Origin: Mobula hypostoma
Taxonomy: Eukaryota
Length of the DNA stretch: 64,000 nucleotides
Assembly: GCF_963921235.1 (NCBI RefSeq)
Contig: NC_086097.1
Span: 70,434,001 to 70,498,000 of the forward strand
Direction: 5' to 3'
Shown: in pieces, positions 11,912 through 24,649 of the stretch
How positions within the stretch are numbered: position 1 is the first letter of the stretch
Layout of the letters: the number at the start of each line of letters is the position of its first letter
Made by a program: the position numbers and the translations under genes
Notes under the pieces: model-generated
What the model was told of the DNA's origin: nothing
The model's database searches: none
The model's input: only the letters and a program-made list of their open reading frames with translations

Positions 11912-13220
11912 ATTTGAATATTACAATGATTGAATACTTTGAGGATGTGACTAACCACATTGATGAAGGAAGAACAGTAGATGTAGTGTATATGGATTTC
12001 AGCAAGGCATTTGATAAGGTACCCCATGCAAGGCTTATTGAGAAAGTAAGGAGGCATGGGATCCAAGGGGCCATTGCTTTGTGGAACCAGAAATGGCTTG
12101 CTCACAGAAGGCAAAGAGTTGTTGTAGACAGGTCATATTCTGCATGGAGGTCAGTGACCAGTGGTGTGCCTCAGGGATCTGTTCTGGGACCCTTATTCTT
12201 CATGATTTTTATAAATGACCTAGATGAGGAAGTGGAGGGATGGGTTAGTAAGTTTGCTGATGACACAAAGGTTAGAGGTGGTGTGGATAGTGTGGAGGGC
12301 TGTCAGAGGTTACAACGGGACATTGATAGAATGCAAATCTGGGCTGAGAAGTGGCAGATGGAGTTCAACTCAGATAATTGTGAAGTGACATACATCAAAG
12401 TTGCTGGTGAACGCAGCAGGCCAAGCAGCATCTATAGGAAGAGGTGCAGTCGACATTTCAGGCCGAGACCCTTCGTCAGGACTGTGAAGTGAAGTGGTTC
12501 ATTTTGGTAGGTCAAATATGATGGCAGAATATAATATTAATGGTGAGACTCTTGGCAATGTGGAGGATCAGAGGGATCTTGGGGTCCAAGTCCATAGGAC
12601 ACTCAAAGCAGCTGCGCAGGTTGACGCTGTGCTTAATAAGGCATATGGTGTATTGGCCTTCATTAGTCGTGGAATTGAATTTAGGAGCCGAGAGGAAATG
12701 TTGCAGCTATATAGTACCCTGGTCAGACCCCACTTGGTGTACTGTGCTCAGTTCTGGTCGCCTCACTACAGGAAGGATGTGGAAGCCATAGAAAGGGTGC
12801 AGAGGAAATTTACAAGGATGTTGCCCAGATTGGGGAGCATGCCTTATGAAAACAGGTTGAGTGAACTCGGCCTTTTCTCCCTGGAGCGACGAAGGATGAC
12901 AGTCAGAGGCTTTTTCCCAGGGCTGAAATGGTTGCCACGAGAGGACACAGGTTTAAGTTGCTGGGGAGTAGGTACAGAGGAGGTGTCAGGGGTAAGTTTT
13001 TTACTCAGAGAGTAGTAAGTGTGTGGAATGGGCTGCTGGCAATGGTGGTGGAGGCGGATACGATGGGGTCTTTTAAGAGACTTTTGGATAGGTGCATCGA
13101 GCTTAGCAAAATAGAGGACTATGGGGAAGTCTATTAATTTCTAAGATGGAAACATGGTCGGCACAACTTTGTGGGCCGAAGGGCCTGTATTGTGCTGTAG
13201 GTTTTCTATCTTTCTATGTT
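11912..13220 (+). mobile_element. 5'-truncated CR1 LINE nested in an opposite-strand CR1
   Basis: DFSKAFDKVPH, GVPQGSVLGP, FADD, VRPHLVYC; TTCTATGTTT tail. Confidence 0.92.
12388..12483 (-). mobile_element. 96-bp Penelope-derived hammerhead+tail unit inserted in CR1 RT
   Basis: Minus strand begins AGTCCTGACGAAGGGTCTCGGCCTGAAATGTCGACTG; flanked by GTGAAGTG at 12380-12387 and 12484-12491; interrupts CEV|VHFG. Confidence 0.9.
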
Positions 13221-14029
13221 TCCTTTGTCTATCCTATGTGAAATCTCCAGAAAGAGTTCCAACAGGTTTTTCAGGCAAGACTTTCCCTTAAGGAAACCAT
13301 GCTGACTTTGCCCTATCTTGTCCTGTGTCTCCAAGTACTCCATAACCTCGTCCTTCACAATTGACTCCAACATCTTCCCAACCACTGAGGTCAGGCTAGC
13401 TGGTCTATAATTTCCTTTCTGCTGCCTTCCTCCTTTCTTAAAGAGTGGAGTGACGTTTGCAATCTTCCAGTCCTCTGACACCATACCAGAGTCCAATCAT
13501 CTTTGAAAGATCATTATTAATGCCTCCATAATCTCTAACGCTACCTCTTTCAGAACCCTAGGGTGCAGTTAATCTGGTGCGGGTGACTTATGCACCTTTA
13601 GGTGTTTCAGCTTTTTGAGCACCTTCTCCCTTGTAATAGTAACTGCACTCATTTCTCTTTCCTCAACAGCTGGCACACTGCCAGTGTCTACCACAATGAA
13701 GACTGATGCAAAATACTTGTTTTGTTTATCTACCATCTCCATGCAAGTGATATTAACCTGATTCTGCCCTCCTTCTGTGCTGTCCCTATAGTTCAACATG
13801 ACATGAACTAGCTATGGCTGGTGTAAAGCTGAGGGGTCTGATGTGAAGTGCATCCTGTTACTCAGCTCAGTATATCTGTGCTTGAACTCTGAGTGATAGA
13901 ATTTCTTCTCATCCAGAATGAAAACTGGGATTCAGTGTACTCAAATTTACATGAGGCAGAATATCATTCTGTTCAGAACTGCATTGTAATAGTCTAGCCT
14001 CGAGTCAGTCTGCTCTTGAAGAAAGATCG

Positions 14030-16778
14030 GAACATAGAAACATAGAAACATAGAAAATAGGTGCAGGAGTAGGCCATTCGGCCCTTCGAGCCTGCACCGC
14101 CATTTATTATGATCATGGCTGATCATCCAACTCAGAACCCAGCCTTCCCTCCATACCCCCTGACCCCTGTAGCCACAAGGGCCATATCTAACTTCCTTTT
14201 AAACATAGCTAATGAACTGGCCTCAACAGTTTGCTGTGGCAGAGAATTCCACAGATTCACCACTCTCTGTGTGAAGAAGTTTTTCCTAACCTCGGTCCTA
14301 AAAGGCTTCCCCTCTATCCTCAAACTGTGACCCCTCGTTCTAGACCTCCCCAACATCGGGAACAATCTTCCCGCATCTAGCCTGTCCAATCCCTTTAGGA
14401 TCTTATACGTTTCAATCAGATCCCCCCTCAATCTTCTAAATTCCAACGAGTACAAGCCCAGTTCATCCAGTCTTTCTTCATATGAAAGACCTGCCATCCC
14501 AGGAATCAATCTGGTGAACCTTCTTTGTACTCCCTCTATGGCAAAGATGTCTTTCCTCAGATTAGGGGACCAAAACTGCACACAATACTCCAGGTGTGGT
14601 CTCACCAAGGCCTTGTACAACTGCAGTAGTACCTCCCTGCTCCTGTACTCGAATCCTCTCGCTATAAATGCCAGCATACCGTTCGCCTTTTTCACCGCCT
14701 GCTGTACCTGCATGCCCACTTTCAATGACTGGTGTATAATGACACCCAGGTCTCGTTGCACCTCCCCTTTTCCTAATCAGCCACCATTCAGATAATAATC
14801 TGTTTTCCTATTTTTGCCACCAAAGTGGATAACTTCACATTTATCCACATTAAATTGCATCTGCCATGAGTTTGCCCACTCACCCAACCTATCCAAGTCA
14901 CCCTGCATCCTCTTAGCATCCTCCTCACTGCTAACACTGCCACCCAGCTTTGTGTCATCCGCAAACTTGGAGATGCTGCATTTAATTCCCTCATCCAAGT
15001 CATTAATATATATTGTAAACAACTGGGGTCCCAGCACTGAGCCTTGCGGTACCCCACTAGTGACCGCCTGCCATTCTGAAAAGGTCCCGTTTATTCCCAC
15101 TCTTTGCTTCCTGTCTGCTAACCAATTCTCCACCCACACCAATACCTTACCCCCAATACCGTGTGCTTTAAGTTTGCACACTAATCTCCTATGTGGGACC
15201 TTGTCAAAAGCCTTTTGAAAATCCAAATATACCACATCCACTGGTTCTCCCCTATCCACTCTACTAGTTACATCCTCAAAAAATTCTATGAGATTCGTCA
15301 GACATGATTTTCCTTTCACAAATCCATGCTGACTTTGTCCGATCATTTCACCGCTTTCCAAATGTGCTGTTATCACATCCTTGATAACTGACTCCAGCAG
15401 TTTCCCCACCACCGACGTTAGGCTAACCGGCCTATAATTCCCCGGTTTCTCTCTCCCTCCTTTTTTAAAAAGTGGGGTTACATTAGCCACCCTCCAATCC
15501 TCAGGAACTAGTCCAGAATCTAACGAGTTTTGAAAAATTATCACTAATGCATCCACTATTTCTTGGGCCACTTCCTTAAGCACTCTGGGATGCAGACCAT
15601 CTGGCCCTGGGGATTTATCTGCCTTCAATCCCTTCAATTTACCTAACACCACTTCCCTACTAACATGTATTTCGCTCAGTTCCTCCATCTCACTGGACCC
15701 TCTGTCCCTTACTATTTCTGGAAGATTATTTATGTCCTCCTTAGTGAAGACAGAACCAAAGTAATTATTCAATTGGTCTGCCATGTCCTTGCTCCCCATA
15801 ATCAATTCACCTGTTTCTGTTTGCAGGGGACCTACATTTGTCTTTATCAGTCTTTTCCTTTTTACATATCTATAAAAGCTTTTACAGTCCGTTTTTATGT
15901 TCTCTGCCAGTTTTCTCTCATAATCTTTTTTCCCCTTCCTAATTAAGCCCTTTGTCCTCCTCTGCTGAACTCTGAATTTCTCCCAGTCCTCAGGTGAGCC
16001 ACTTTCTCTGGCTAATTTGTATGCTACTTCTTTGGAATTGATACTATCCCTAATTTCTCTTGTCAGCCACGGGTGCACTACCTTCCTTGATTTATTCTTT
16101 TGCCAAACTGGGATGAACAATTGTTGTAGTTCATCCATGCAACCTTTAAATGCCTGCCATTGCATATCCACCGTCAATCCTTGAAGTGTCATTTGCCAGT
16201 CTATCTTAGCTAATTCATGTCTCATACCTTCAAAGTTACCCCTCTTTAAGTTCAGAACCTTTGTTTCTGAATTAACTACGTCACTCTCCATGTTAATGAA
16301 GAATTCCACCATATTATGGTCACTCTTCCCCAAGGGGCCTCTCACGACAAGATCGCTAATTAACCCTTCCTCATTGCTCAAAACCCAGTCCAGAATAGCC
16401 TGCTCTCTAGTCGGTTCCTCGACATGTTGGTTCAAAAAACCATCCCGCATACATTCCAAGAAATCCTCTTCCTCAGCACCTTTACCAATTTGGTTCACCC
16501 AGTCTACATGTAGATTGAAGTCACCCATTATAACTGCTGTTCCTTTATTGCACACATTTCTAATTTCCTGTTTAATACCATCTCCGACCTCACTACTACT
16601 GTTAGGTGGCCTGTACACAACTCCCACCAGCGTCTTCTGCCCCTTAGTGTTACGCAGCTCTACCCATATCGATTCCACATCTTCCCGGCTTATGTCCTTC
16701 CTTTCTATTGCGTTAATCTCTTTTTTAACCAGCAACGCCACCCCACCTCCCCTTCCTTCGTGTCTATCCCTCCTGAAA
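14030..16778 (-). mobile_element. Young 5'-truncated CR1 LINE; ORF2 (partial APE endonuclease + RT) with one in-frame stop
   Basis: ORFs 14777-16741 (654 aa; GDFN, SDH, FADD) and 14132-14761 are in the same frame; (TTTCTATG)n tail. Confidence 0.96.
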
Positions 16779-18778
16779 TAAGTCTGAGATCAAGTTGGTA
16801 TAGAAGTAATATTTCTGCCTGTGCTACTAAATTAAACATAGGCTATATTTCTTGGGCTTTGAATAATTAGAGTAGGTGGGAAAACTGTCAACAGGAAATA
16901 TTTGCCTGGTGACTGCTGGAAAAGTGTCCGGTAATGGCCTGCGTGCATGCTTCAATGCAAAGTGTGGCAGCAGTAGCTTCTTCCCAGTGTCTGTTTTTGA
17001 CCATCACATGTGCTGATTTTGTCCTCATGGTGTCAGGTGCAGTGGGAAAGTGGCAGAGCCTCTCACTTGCTGGAAGTGTGCTGAGTCAGGTATCTGAAAT
17101 CTTCGTATTGTGTACTTTGAAGGCACTGGCACCTCATGGAGAGATCCTGTCTCCCTTTCTGTTATCTCTGAAATAAAGGCCCTGGCACAGTGTCGGAAAA
17201 ACGTGGAGCATGCACTCTCCTCTGTTGTCCAACGAATCATTTCCACCATAAGGAACTTCCCCAGGAAGAGCTAGAGGCTGGAATACAAAGTAGATGTAAA
17301 GTAAGGCAATGGTGTAAAGGACTCTTGCTGAAGTGCAAATTAGCCGAAGACTACAATCATTTCCTTATCTAATAAATGTGTTATCACACATCATCAAAAG
17401 ATATTAGTGTTGCCTTAACTGGGTCACATGGACATGGGTTAACAGTAAAATTATTTTCCAGCCTTACCAATTGAAACTCCAATGTACTTCATTTGATTAT
17501 TGTATATCACTTCTTTAAAATATATTGATATCTAAGGTGCCATTCAATTATCAATCCATGTTGAGACCAAAAAATGTTCTCATTTTCTAGTCATTACAAT
17601 CTGTTACTTTCCTGCCCATTCTGAGACTCTATTAATATCCCTTTGTAACAATGTTTCCATTATCACTGCCTACAATGCCACTTATGTTTGTGTCATTAGT
17701 AAATTTGACATGTGTCTTTCTTTCTTATCAACCAATTATAAATACAGCTGAATGGCTGCAGCAATAATAGAAATCTTGGTCACATCCAGTCTACCTGAGT
17801 ACCTGAACCTTTTTACTACTCTGTCCCGGTCAGTCAGCCATTTCCTAAGCAGATCAATACTTTGACTTCAGTTCCATGGAGTTCAATTTTACCGACCAGT
17901 CATTTATCAGATCCACTTTGGAAGGCCAGATCAATAACATTTTCCTGACTTTGTCCATCTATCTATTTTGTCGATTTGTAAAAACAAAAATCAATCTGTC
18001 TTTAATTGTACACCGAGGTACTTCCCCAGTGGTGTTTGGCCTACTGAACAATAGTTCCCTGGTTTCCATCCACCATTTTCCACTCGAAAGCTATCGACTG
18101 CAGTTTGGATGATGATTCAAAACTAACTGCAGTGCTCATTGAGAGATCCCAAGCGTGATATTTTATAAACACTTGTTTTGGCTTTTCTAGTTATGACATC
18201 TTTGATAGCACAGTATGCTTATCCAGAGAATCTCAGCCTCAGTTGCAGCCGATTTACTGAAATTAAGACCACCATTATTGAGCTCACTGTCTTTCAGCCA
18301 GGAAAGGAACTTGTCCAGAATTTGCACTTCTTGTTACCGTTGAGTTTTATGTGCTCTAACTCTACTCAGGATATGGGCATTGTTGCAAAAAATGTCTGAC
18401 TGACAGTGGACAGAATAGTTAAAACAGATTCTCAGATAGACAGCATGTAAACAGGACCTTGTATGCTTAAGTGCAGACATTAATTGCATTTATAAATGAC
18501 TCCAGTAATGAAATAGGAAATCACAAGTTTACCAATGACACAAAGATAGGTGTTGCTTCAAGCAGTTGTGAAGGAAATACTAATTTATGGAAATTATATC
18601 AAGGGAGCTTGAAAATGATGAGGAACATTGCTTGAGTGAAGATAGGAACTACATTGATTATGACATACAAATTAATAAATAGTCTGCTTTCTTCAAGGGT
18701 CAAGCAAAAATGATAGCTTGGAGCAGTGTTGCTGCAATGCGAAATGAAATGGGGGAATATATTTTATAAAGACAGCGC

Positions 18779-19085
18779 TTAGTGAGAAGCCTCTGGGCCA
18801 GGGACTGGATGTTGCAGACCAGGAGGAGGCTGGTCCTGAGGTTGGCGGCCTATCTGTGTGTGTGATTGGGTGGGAAGGAGGGAGTGAAGGGGCCCATTAT
18901 GCTGTTGTTGTGATGTTCTGCTGAACACTGTAGACATCCTACGTTGGTGCTGGACTGTGAGGCTACAGTTGTGGCTTGCCCCCAGCACACCCTTAGGTTA
19001 TGTTTGTTATTAAATCAAACAATGCCTTTCACTGTATGTTTTAATATACATATGCAAAATGAGTCTAAATATGAATATGAATTAA
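18779..19085 (+). repeat. Non-coding retroposon-like fragment with LINE-type tail
   Basis: 3' part resembles the tail of the SINE at 58048-58200 (reverse complement); ends AATATGAATATGAAT. Confidence 0.4.
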
Positions 19086-19129
19086 AAAAATCAGCTGGGA
19101 AGCTAATAAGTAACAGATTCTGTACATTT

Positions 19130-19310
19130 AACACACACAAAATGCTGCTGGAAATCAGCAGGACAGGCAGCACCTAAGGGGTGGAATACACTGATGAAGG
19201 GTTTCAACTGTTTATTCCTCTCCACTAATGCTGCCTGACCTGCTGAGTTCCTCCAGCACAGAGTATAGTTTATTCTGGATTTCTACCATCAGCAGAATCT
19301 CCTCAGTTTA
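19130..19310. mobile_element. Penelope-end mini-palindrome with collapsed hammerhead core
   Basis: Two inverted tails around CTGATGAAGGG; imperfect TSD AGATTCTGTACATTT (19115-19129) / AGATTCAGTACAGTT (19311-19325). Confidence 0.75.
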
Positions 19311-19895
19311 AGATTCAGTACAGTTGAGAATGCATGATGTTAATATTGGAATAAATTGTGAGCACTTCAAAGAACTGATATTTCTAAACTGTAAATCTAA
19401 CACCGGAATATCAGATAGATTGCTTTTTGCATGATAATTTAGAATCTTCTCAAATTGATACGTAACAATTGAGATTATGGAAGTATTGCATGAAATAATA
19501 ACTGAGGTTCAAGCATGCAACTAAAGCTTGAAATGTGCAAAGCAGATTTTATTAGTATTCAGTCCTTGATAGAAAAAGAATCAGATGGGTAACAAGGAGA
19601 ATAAAACATGAAATAGATTAAAATATGTAGGAACATTGGTCGTTCAGTGTTCTGAGCTTCTAAGTAAGTGTTAGCTGAACAAGAGCCCCTTTGGCCATTG
19701 TTAGTATTTCATTGATGAACTATTGTCAACAACACCAATCTGTTAACGATGTGAAGTAGTAGCGTGCCAAGAATGTCAACAGCAAATAACCATCAATATT
19801 TAACACATTTTAGCACAAATAACCCCAGTTTACAGCAAACAGGATCATTATTTCTGGTGATGCAGCAGTAGATGGGGGAACATAGTTATATATTT

Positions 19896-20195
19896 GGGCA
19901 CCACAGTAGTGTAGCGGTTAGCACAACGCTATTATCTTGGGATGCCTAGGAGTTCAGAGGTCAATTCCAGCGCCATTCTGTAAGGAGTCTCTACACGTCC
20001 TCCCAGTGGAAAGCGTGTGTTTTCTCCGGGTCCTCCAGTTCCCTCCCACAGTCCAAAGACATACCAGGTAGGTTAATTGGTCATTATAAATTATCCTGTG
20101 ATTAGGTTAGGGTTAATCAAGTTTGTCAGGGGTTGCTGGGGTAGCATGGCTTGAAGGGCCAGAAGGGCCAGATTCCATTAAGTAAAATAAATTAA
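19896..20195 (+). mobile_element. V-SINE (HE1-like)
   Basis: tRNA-like head GGGCACCACAGTAGTGTAGCGGTTAGC and V-domain CTCCAGTTCCCTCCCACAGTCCAAAGACAT. Confidence 0.8.
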
Positions 20196-21618
20196 ATTTA
20201 GAACACTGGTGACATGTGCCTCTGGGGAAAACATTTCAAGCTGGTTCTTACTGAAAAGTGTTTGACAACATACTTCAAAAAAAAGAGTACAAACACATCT
20301 TCTGATTCCTGAGCAAACTCTGCTTCAAATTCCTTGATGCTATCATGGCTTGTGGAATGCAATGAACTGAAGGTGCAAATGAAGAAGGAACAAAGTTGTC
20401 ACAGTCTTAATTATTGTCTTGGATACTTCAGGCATTGCACAAACTTTACTGTCACAGCAGTGTACCAACACTACTAGCTCAGTTGTTAGAAGGAAAACAG
20501 CAATTATGAACAAAAAAAGAACAAAATTAACATTCTGCTTACGGTGTAGTAAATCGCTTAAACAATTAAGTCTGATGACTTGTCAGCACAAAATGTAGTT
20601 TTAAACATACACTCATCTACTAATCAGAGACTGAAGGCAGATGGAATTACAAACTCCCGGTTTTGTTCACGCAACATTATGTGGATGCACTTTAAATAAA
20701 AAGACAGTGTGACGTTCATTCAGATATAATGGAAATTACACATTCAGGCCAAGGTGCACAAAACAATCTCCTGTTGAATGTTTGTGAAGTGCAAGGACAT
20801 TCCTTATTAGGTGTGATGACATTTATAGCAAGATCCATTAGCAGCACTAAATAAACTTCAGAATAATTAATAATGTTGCAAAATGTGGTGCCACTCACAG
20901 GACAAAGCAGAATGTAGAACTTGCAGCTCAGAAAAGGACACAAATAAATTTAATTAGCATACTATAGATATGTGATTGGTTAGTTTACAAATTGAGTATA
21001 CTTTCAGTTGTTTCTTGAGCTGTGGTTCCCGTAATTGGATCTATGTTCCTCATATGTCAGTATAGACTCACACTGCCTGTTAAGTATTTGCATGACAATA
21101 TAAACCAGATTAATAGCATCAGTAATTATGAACCAAATAGCCATCTTTTTTGCATGTTACCACATTTGCTCCTGTAATCTTTTCACTGGTACACACAAGA
21201 GTGAAGTCAAACACAAAATATTTCACTGGAGCTGCATTATATATAGAGCAGCCGTTCTAATCAACCTCACTTAAGTCTTTAACCACCACCAGTATTTATA
21301 AAATAGTGCAAAATAATACCTCATATTCTACGTCACTGTTGTTTGATTATGATGTCCTGCGTTCTCTATCTGAAGCAGAATAAAACCAGTTCAGCAGGTT
21401 TTTAAAAATATTGATTGGTTGTCTATGGCTTTAATTCGTATTTTATTCCTCAGTGTTAACAACCAAAAAACATGATTGGCTGGACAATCCTTACTGGGCA
21501 TATTGGATCAAAGTCTTCCCAGGACAATGAGCCCCTATCAATTGCCCTGATAAGCTAATTCCATTACTTTTAATAATTCAAGATTTTGAGAAAAGAATCA
21601 GACATTGAAATTCAGTCA

Positions 21619-21813
21619 CCAACAAGAGAAAATCTGCAGATGCTGGAAATCTGAGTAACACACACAAAATGCTGGAGGAACTCAGCAGGCCAGGCAGCAT
21701 CTGGGAAAAGAGTACAGTCGATGTTTTGGGCCGAAACCCGTCAGCAGTCAGACTGTACTCTTTTCCTAGATGCTGCCTGGCCTGCTGAGTTCCTCCAGCA
21801 TTTTGTGTGTGCT
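21619..21813. mobile_element. Penelope-end mini-palindrome centred on one degenerate hammerhead
   Basis: 61-bp arms 21659-21719 / 21751-21811 with 1 mismatch; TSD core TTGAAATTCAG at 21605-21615 and 21817-21827. Confidence 0.88.
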
Positions 21814-21882
21814 ATGTTGAAATTCAGCCGTGCTTATCCCCTTCTGCAGGCTAAGGGGCCATCTGAACCCGAGGAAACCTTT

Positions 21883-23750
21883 CAGAATCAGAATCAGGTT
21901 CATTAGCACTGAGTTATACAAGTTGAAATTTGTTGTTTTGTGGCAATAGTAGAGTGCAAAGACATACAAGTTATCAAGAATTACAAAATAAATGAAAGTG
22001 TAAAAAAATGGAATAATGAAGCAATATTCACAGGCTCATGGACTGTTCGGAAATTTGATGGTGGAGCGGAAGAACATGGACTTCATGGTCTACATGGACT
22101 TCAGTAAGGTCTTTGACAAGGTCCCGCATGAGAGGTTGGTTAGGAAGATTCCGTCGCAAGGTATACATGGAGAGGTTGTAAATTGGATTAGACATTGGCT
22201 CAATGGAGGAAGCCAGAGAGTGGTAGTGGAGGATTGCTTCTCTGAGTGGAGGCCCGTGACTAGTGGTGTGCCACAGGGATCAGTGCTGAGTCCACTGTTA
22301 TTTGTCACCTATATCAATGATCTGGATGATAATGTGGTAAATTGGATCAGCAGATTTGCTGAGATACAAAGATTGGAGGTGTAGTGGACAGTGAGGAAGG
22401 TTTTCAAAGCTTGCAGAGGGATTTGGACCAGCTGGAAAAATGGGCTGAAAAATGGCAGATGGAGCGTAATCCAGACAAGTGTGAGGTATTGCACTTTGGA
22501 AGGACAAACCAAGGTAGAACATACAAGGTAAATGGTAAAGCACTGAGGAGTGCAGTGGAACAGAGGGATCTGGGAATACAGATACAAAATTCCCTAAAAG
22601 TGACAAACCAGGTAGATAAGGTCATAAAGAGAGCTTTTGGTACATTGGCCTTTATAAACCTAAGTATTGAGTATAAGAGTTGGAATGTTATGATGAGGTT
22701 GTATAAGGCATTGGTGAGGCCGAATTTGGAGTATTGTGTGCAGTTTTGGTCACCAAATTACAGGAAGGATATAAATAAGGTTGAAAGAGTGCAGAGAAGG
22801 TTTACAAGGATGTTGCCGGGACTTGAGAAACTGAGTTACAGAGAAAGGTTGAATAGGTTAGGACTTTATTCCCTGGAGCGAAGAAGAATGAGGGGAGATT
22901 TGATAGAGGTATATAAAATTATGATGGGTATAGATAGAGTGAATGCAAGCAAGCTTTTTCCACTGAGGCAAGGGGAGGAAAAATACCAGAGGACATGGGT
23001 TAAGGGTGAAGGGGGAAAAGTTTAAAGGGAACATTGGGCAGGGGGCTTCTTCACACAGAGAGTGGTGGGAGTGTGGAATGAGCTGCCAGATGAAGTGGTA
23101 AATGAGGGCTCACTTTTAACATTTAAGAAAAACTTGGACAGGTACGTGGATGAGAGGTGTATGGAGGGATATGGTTCAGGTGCTGGTCAGTGGGACTAGG
23201 CAGAAAAATGGTTCAGCACAACCAAGAAGGGCCAAAAGGCCTTTTTCTGTGCTGTAATGTTCTATGGTTCTATGGTTCTAACCTTTCCCTGAGTCGTTGA
23301 GTGTGCGTCTTCAAGCTCCTACACTTCCCCCCCGATGGTAATAACAGGAAGAGGACATGTCCTGGATGGCGAGAGTCCCTAGTGATGAACGCAGCCTTCC
23401 TGACGCAACTTGAAATCATCCTCGGTGGTGGGCAGGGTTGTGCCTGGGACAGAGCTGACGGAGCGTACACCATACTGCAGCAGCTCCAATCCTCGGCCTT
23501 GGAACCTGCATCCAGTCAGAATGCTCTCCACCATATACCTACAGAAATTTTCAAGAGTTTTCGGTGACATACCAACTCCTCAAACACTTAATGAAGTAGA
23601 GGCACTGGCACGCCTTTTTCATGGCTAAATCAATGTGTTGCTCACTCTTTTCACCACTGGCTCCACAGTGAGGATGGGTGCGTGTTCTCCCAATTTTCCC
23701 TTCCCCAACTCCACAATTAGTTCCTTGGTCTTGCGGATGATGAGTGAGGG
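21883..23750 (-). mobile_element. Rex-Babar-like LINE 3' part (21883-22072 and 23281-23750) split by a CR1
   Basis: CAGAATCAGAATCAGG tail; NFCRYMVESILTGC; HPGHVLFLLLPSG. Confidence 0.8.
22073..23280 (+). mobile_element. 5'-truncated CR1 LINE
   Basis: DFSKVFDKVPH, GVPQGSVL, YKALVRPNLEYC; TTCTATGG-repeat tail. Confidence 0.93.
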
Positions 23751-24308
23751 AATGAGAGAGAAGACCCTATGGCCAACAGGATATAGCAAGATGAAGAACC
23801 CCACACTACATTCAAAGATGGTGAGAGGGTGAGCATCCAGGGTTCAGAGGGGCAAAGTCTGGTAATCATGGAGCCACGAGAAACAAGTTTGCCTTGGAAA
23901 AATGTTGCTGTGTCTTAAGCAACCACAAATTCGTGCTGAATTTATTCCCATGAACGTTGATATATATTTAGATAATAAAGGAATCAGGGGGCATGATGTT
24001 GTTTTTGAAGGCAATGCTGAGGTAAAAGTTCACTTGTGATCTTATTGGGTGGCGGAGTGTGCATGAGGACTGAATGGATAACTCCTGCCTCTATTTCTTA
24101 GGTTCTTATGTTCGATGCAAAGAGTACTGGGGTTTTAATGCAGCTATGGAGAAGGTGTTAAAGGTCCAATATGCGCTGGTGGGTAATATGGTGGGGATGG
24201 TATTCCTGTGTATCTGCTGTCCCTACTCTCTTAGATACTGGCTGTTGTGGAATTGCAGGAGACATTGGTAAAATGTTGCCCTATATTGTGGGGATGGTGC
24301 CCCAGATT

Positions 24309-24595
24309 TATGGTGTTAGATGGAGAATCAAAACGTACCAACGACTCCACACCTCTGAACTCCCAGATTGAAGCACCTTCAATAATTCCAAAAGACTGAA
24401 GTAGAGTAAATACTGAAAGGCTTTTATTCACTGTACAATACGACTTCCATGCTGAGTGTCTGCCCCTGGACTGAGGGGGAGGGGCAAGGCAAAATCACCT
24501 TTATACAGGAACTGTGGGAGGAGCCACAGGGGCAGTCAGCAGAGGGGAGTGTCCAGACAGGTAACCCAGTTACAACATATATATGGTTTACCACA
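24309..24595 (-). mobile_element. Probable solo LTR (~290 bp)
   Basis: Minus strand starts TGTGGTAAACC and has TATAAAG then AATAAAA in LTR order; CAGAT on both flanks (24303-24307, 24596-24600). Confidence 0.6.
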
Positions 24596-24649
24596 CAGAT
24601 GCTTACTCTCTTACCCCCTATGAATGTAGATTGGTCATCAGCTTTGCTT

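Larger units (their letters stand above)
10392..13740 (-). mobile_element. CR1 LINE in three pieces (10392-11216, 11539-~11910, ~13218-13740)
   Basis: Collinear RT: EDWKIANVTPLFKKG...EISHRIDKG | YLDFQKA...GVPQG | YKALVRPHLEYC...FFSQRVVN; CR1 tail near 10395. Confidence 0.88.
9705..13766 (+). mobile_element. Rex-Babar-like LINE 3' part (9705-10391), tail resuming at 13741-13766 after nested insertions
   Basis: LANFYRYIVESILTGCITIWY motif; tail TTCACGACAT...ATGCAAGTGATATTAACCTGATTCTG split by a CR1 (compare intact tail at 3066-3110). Confidence 0.8.

Noticed and set aside
16290..16781. Long antisense ORFs over CR1 and Gypsy coding regions (also 32049-32756, 50937-51455)
   Set aside because: Shadow frames on the opposite strand of retroelement ORFs
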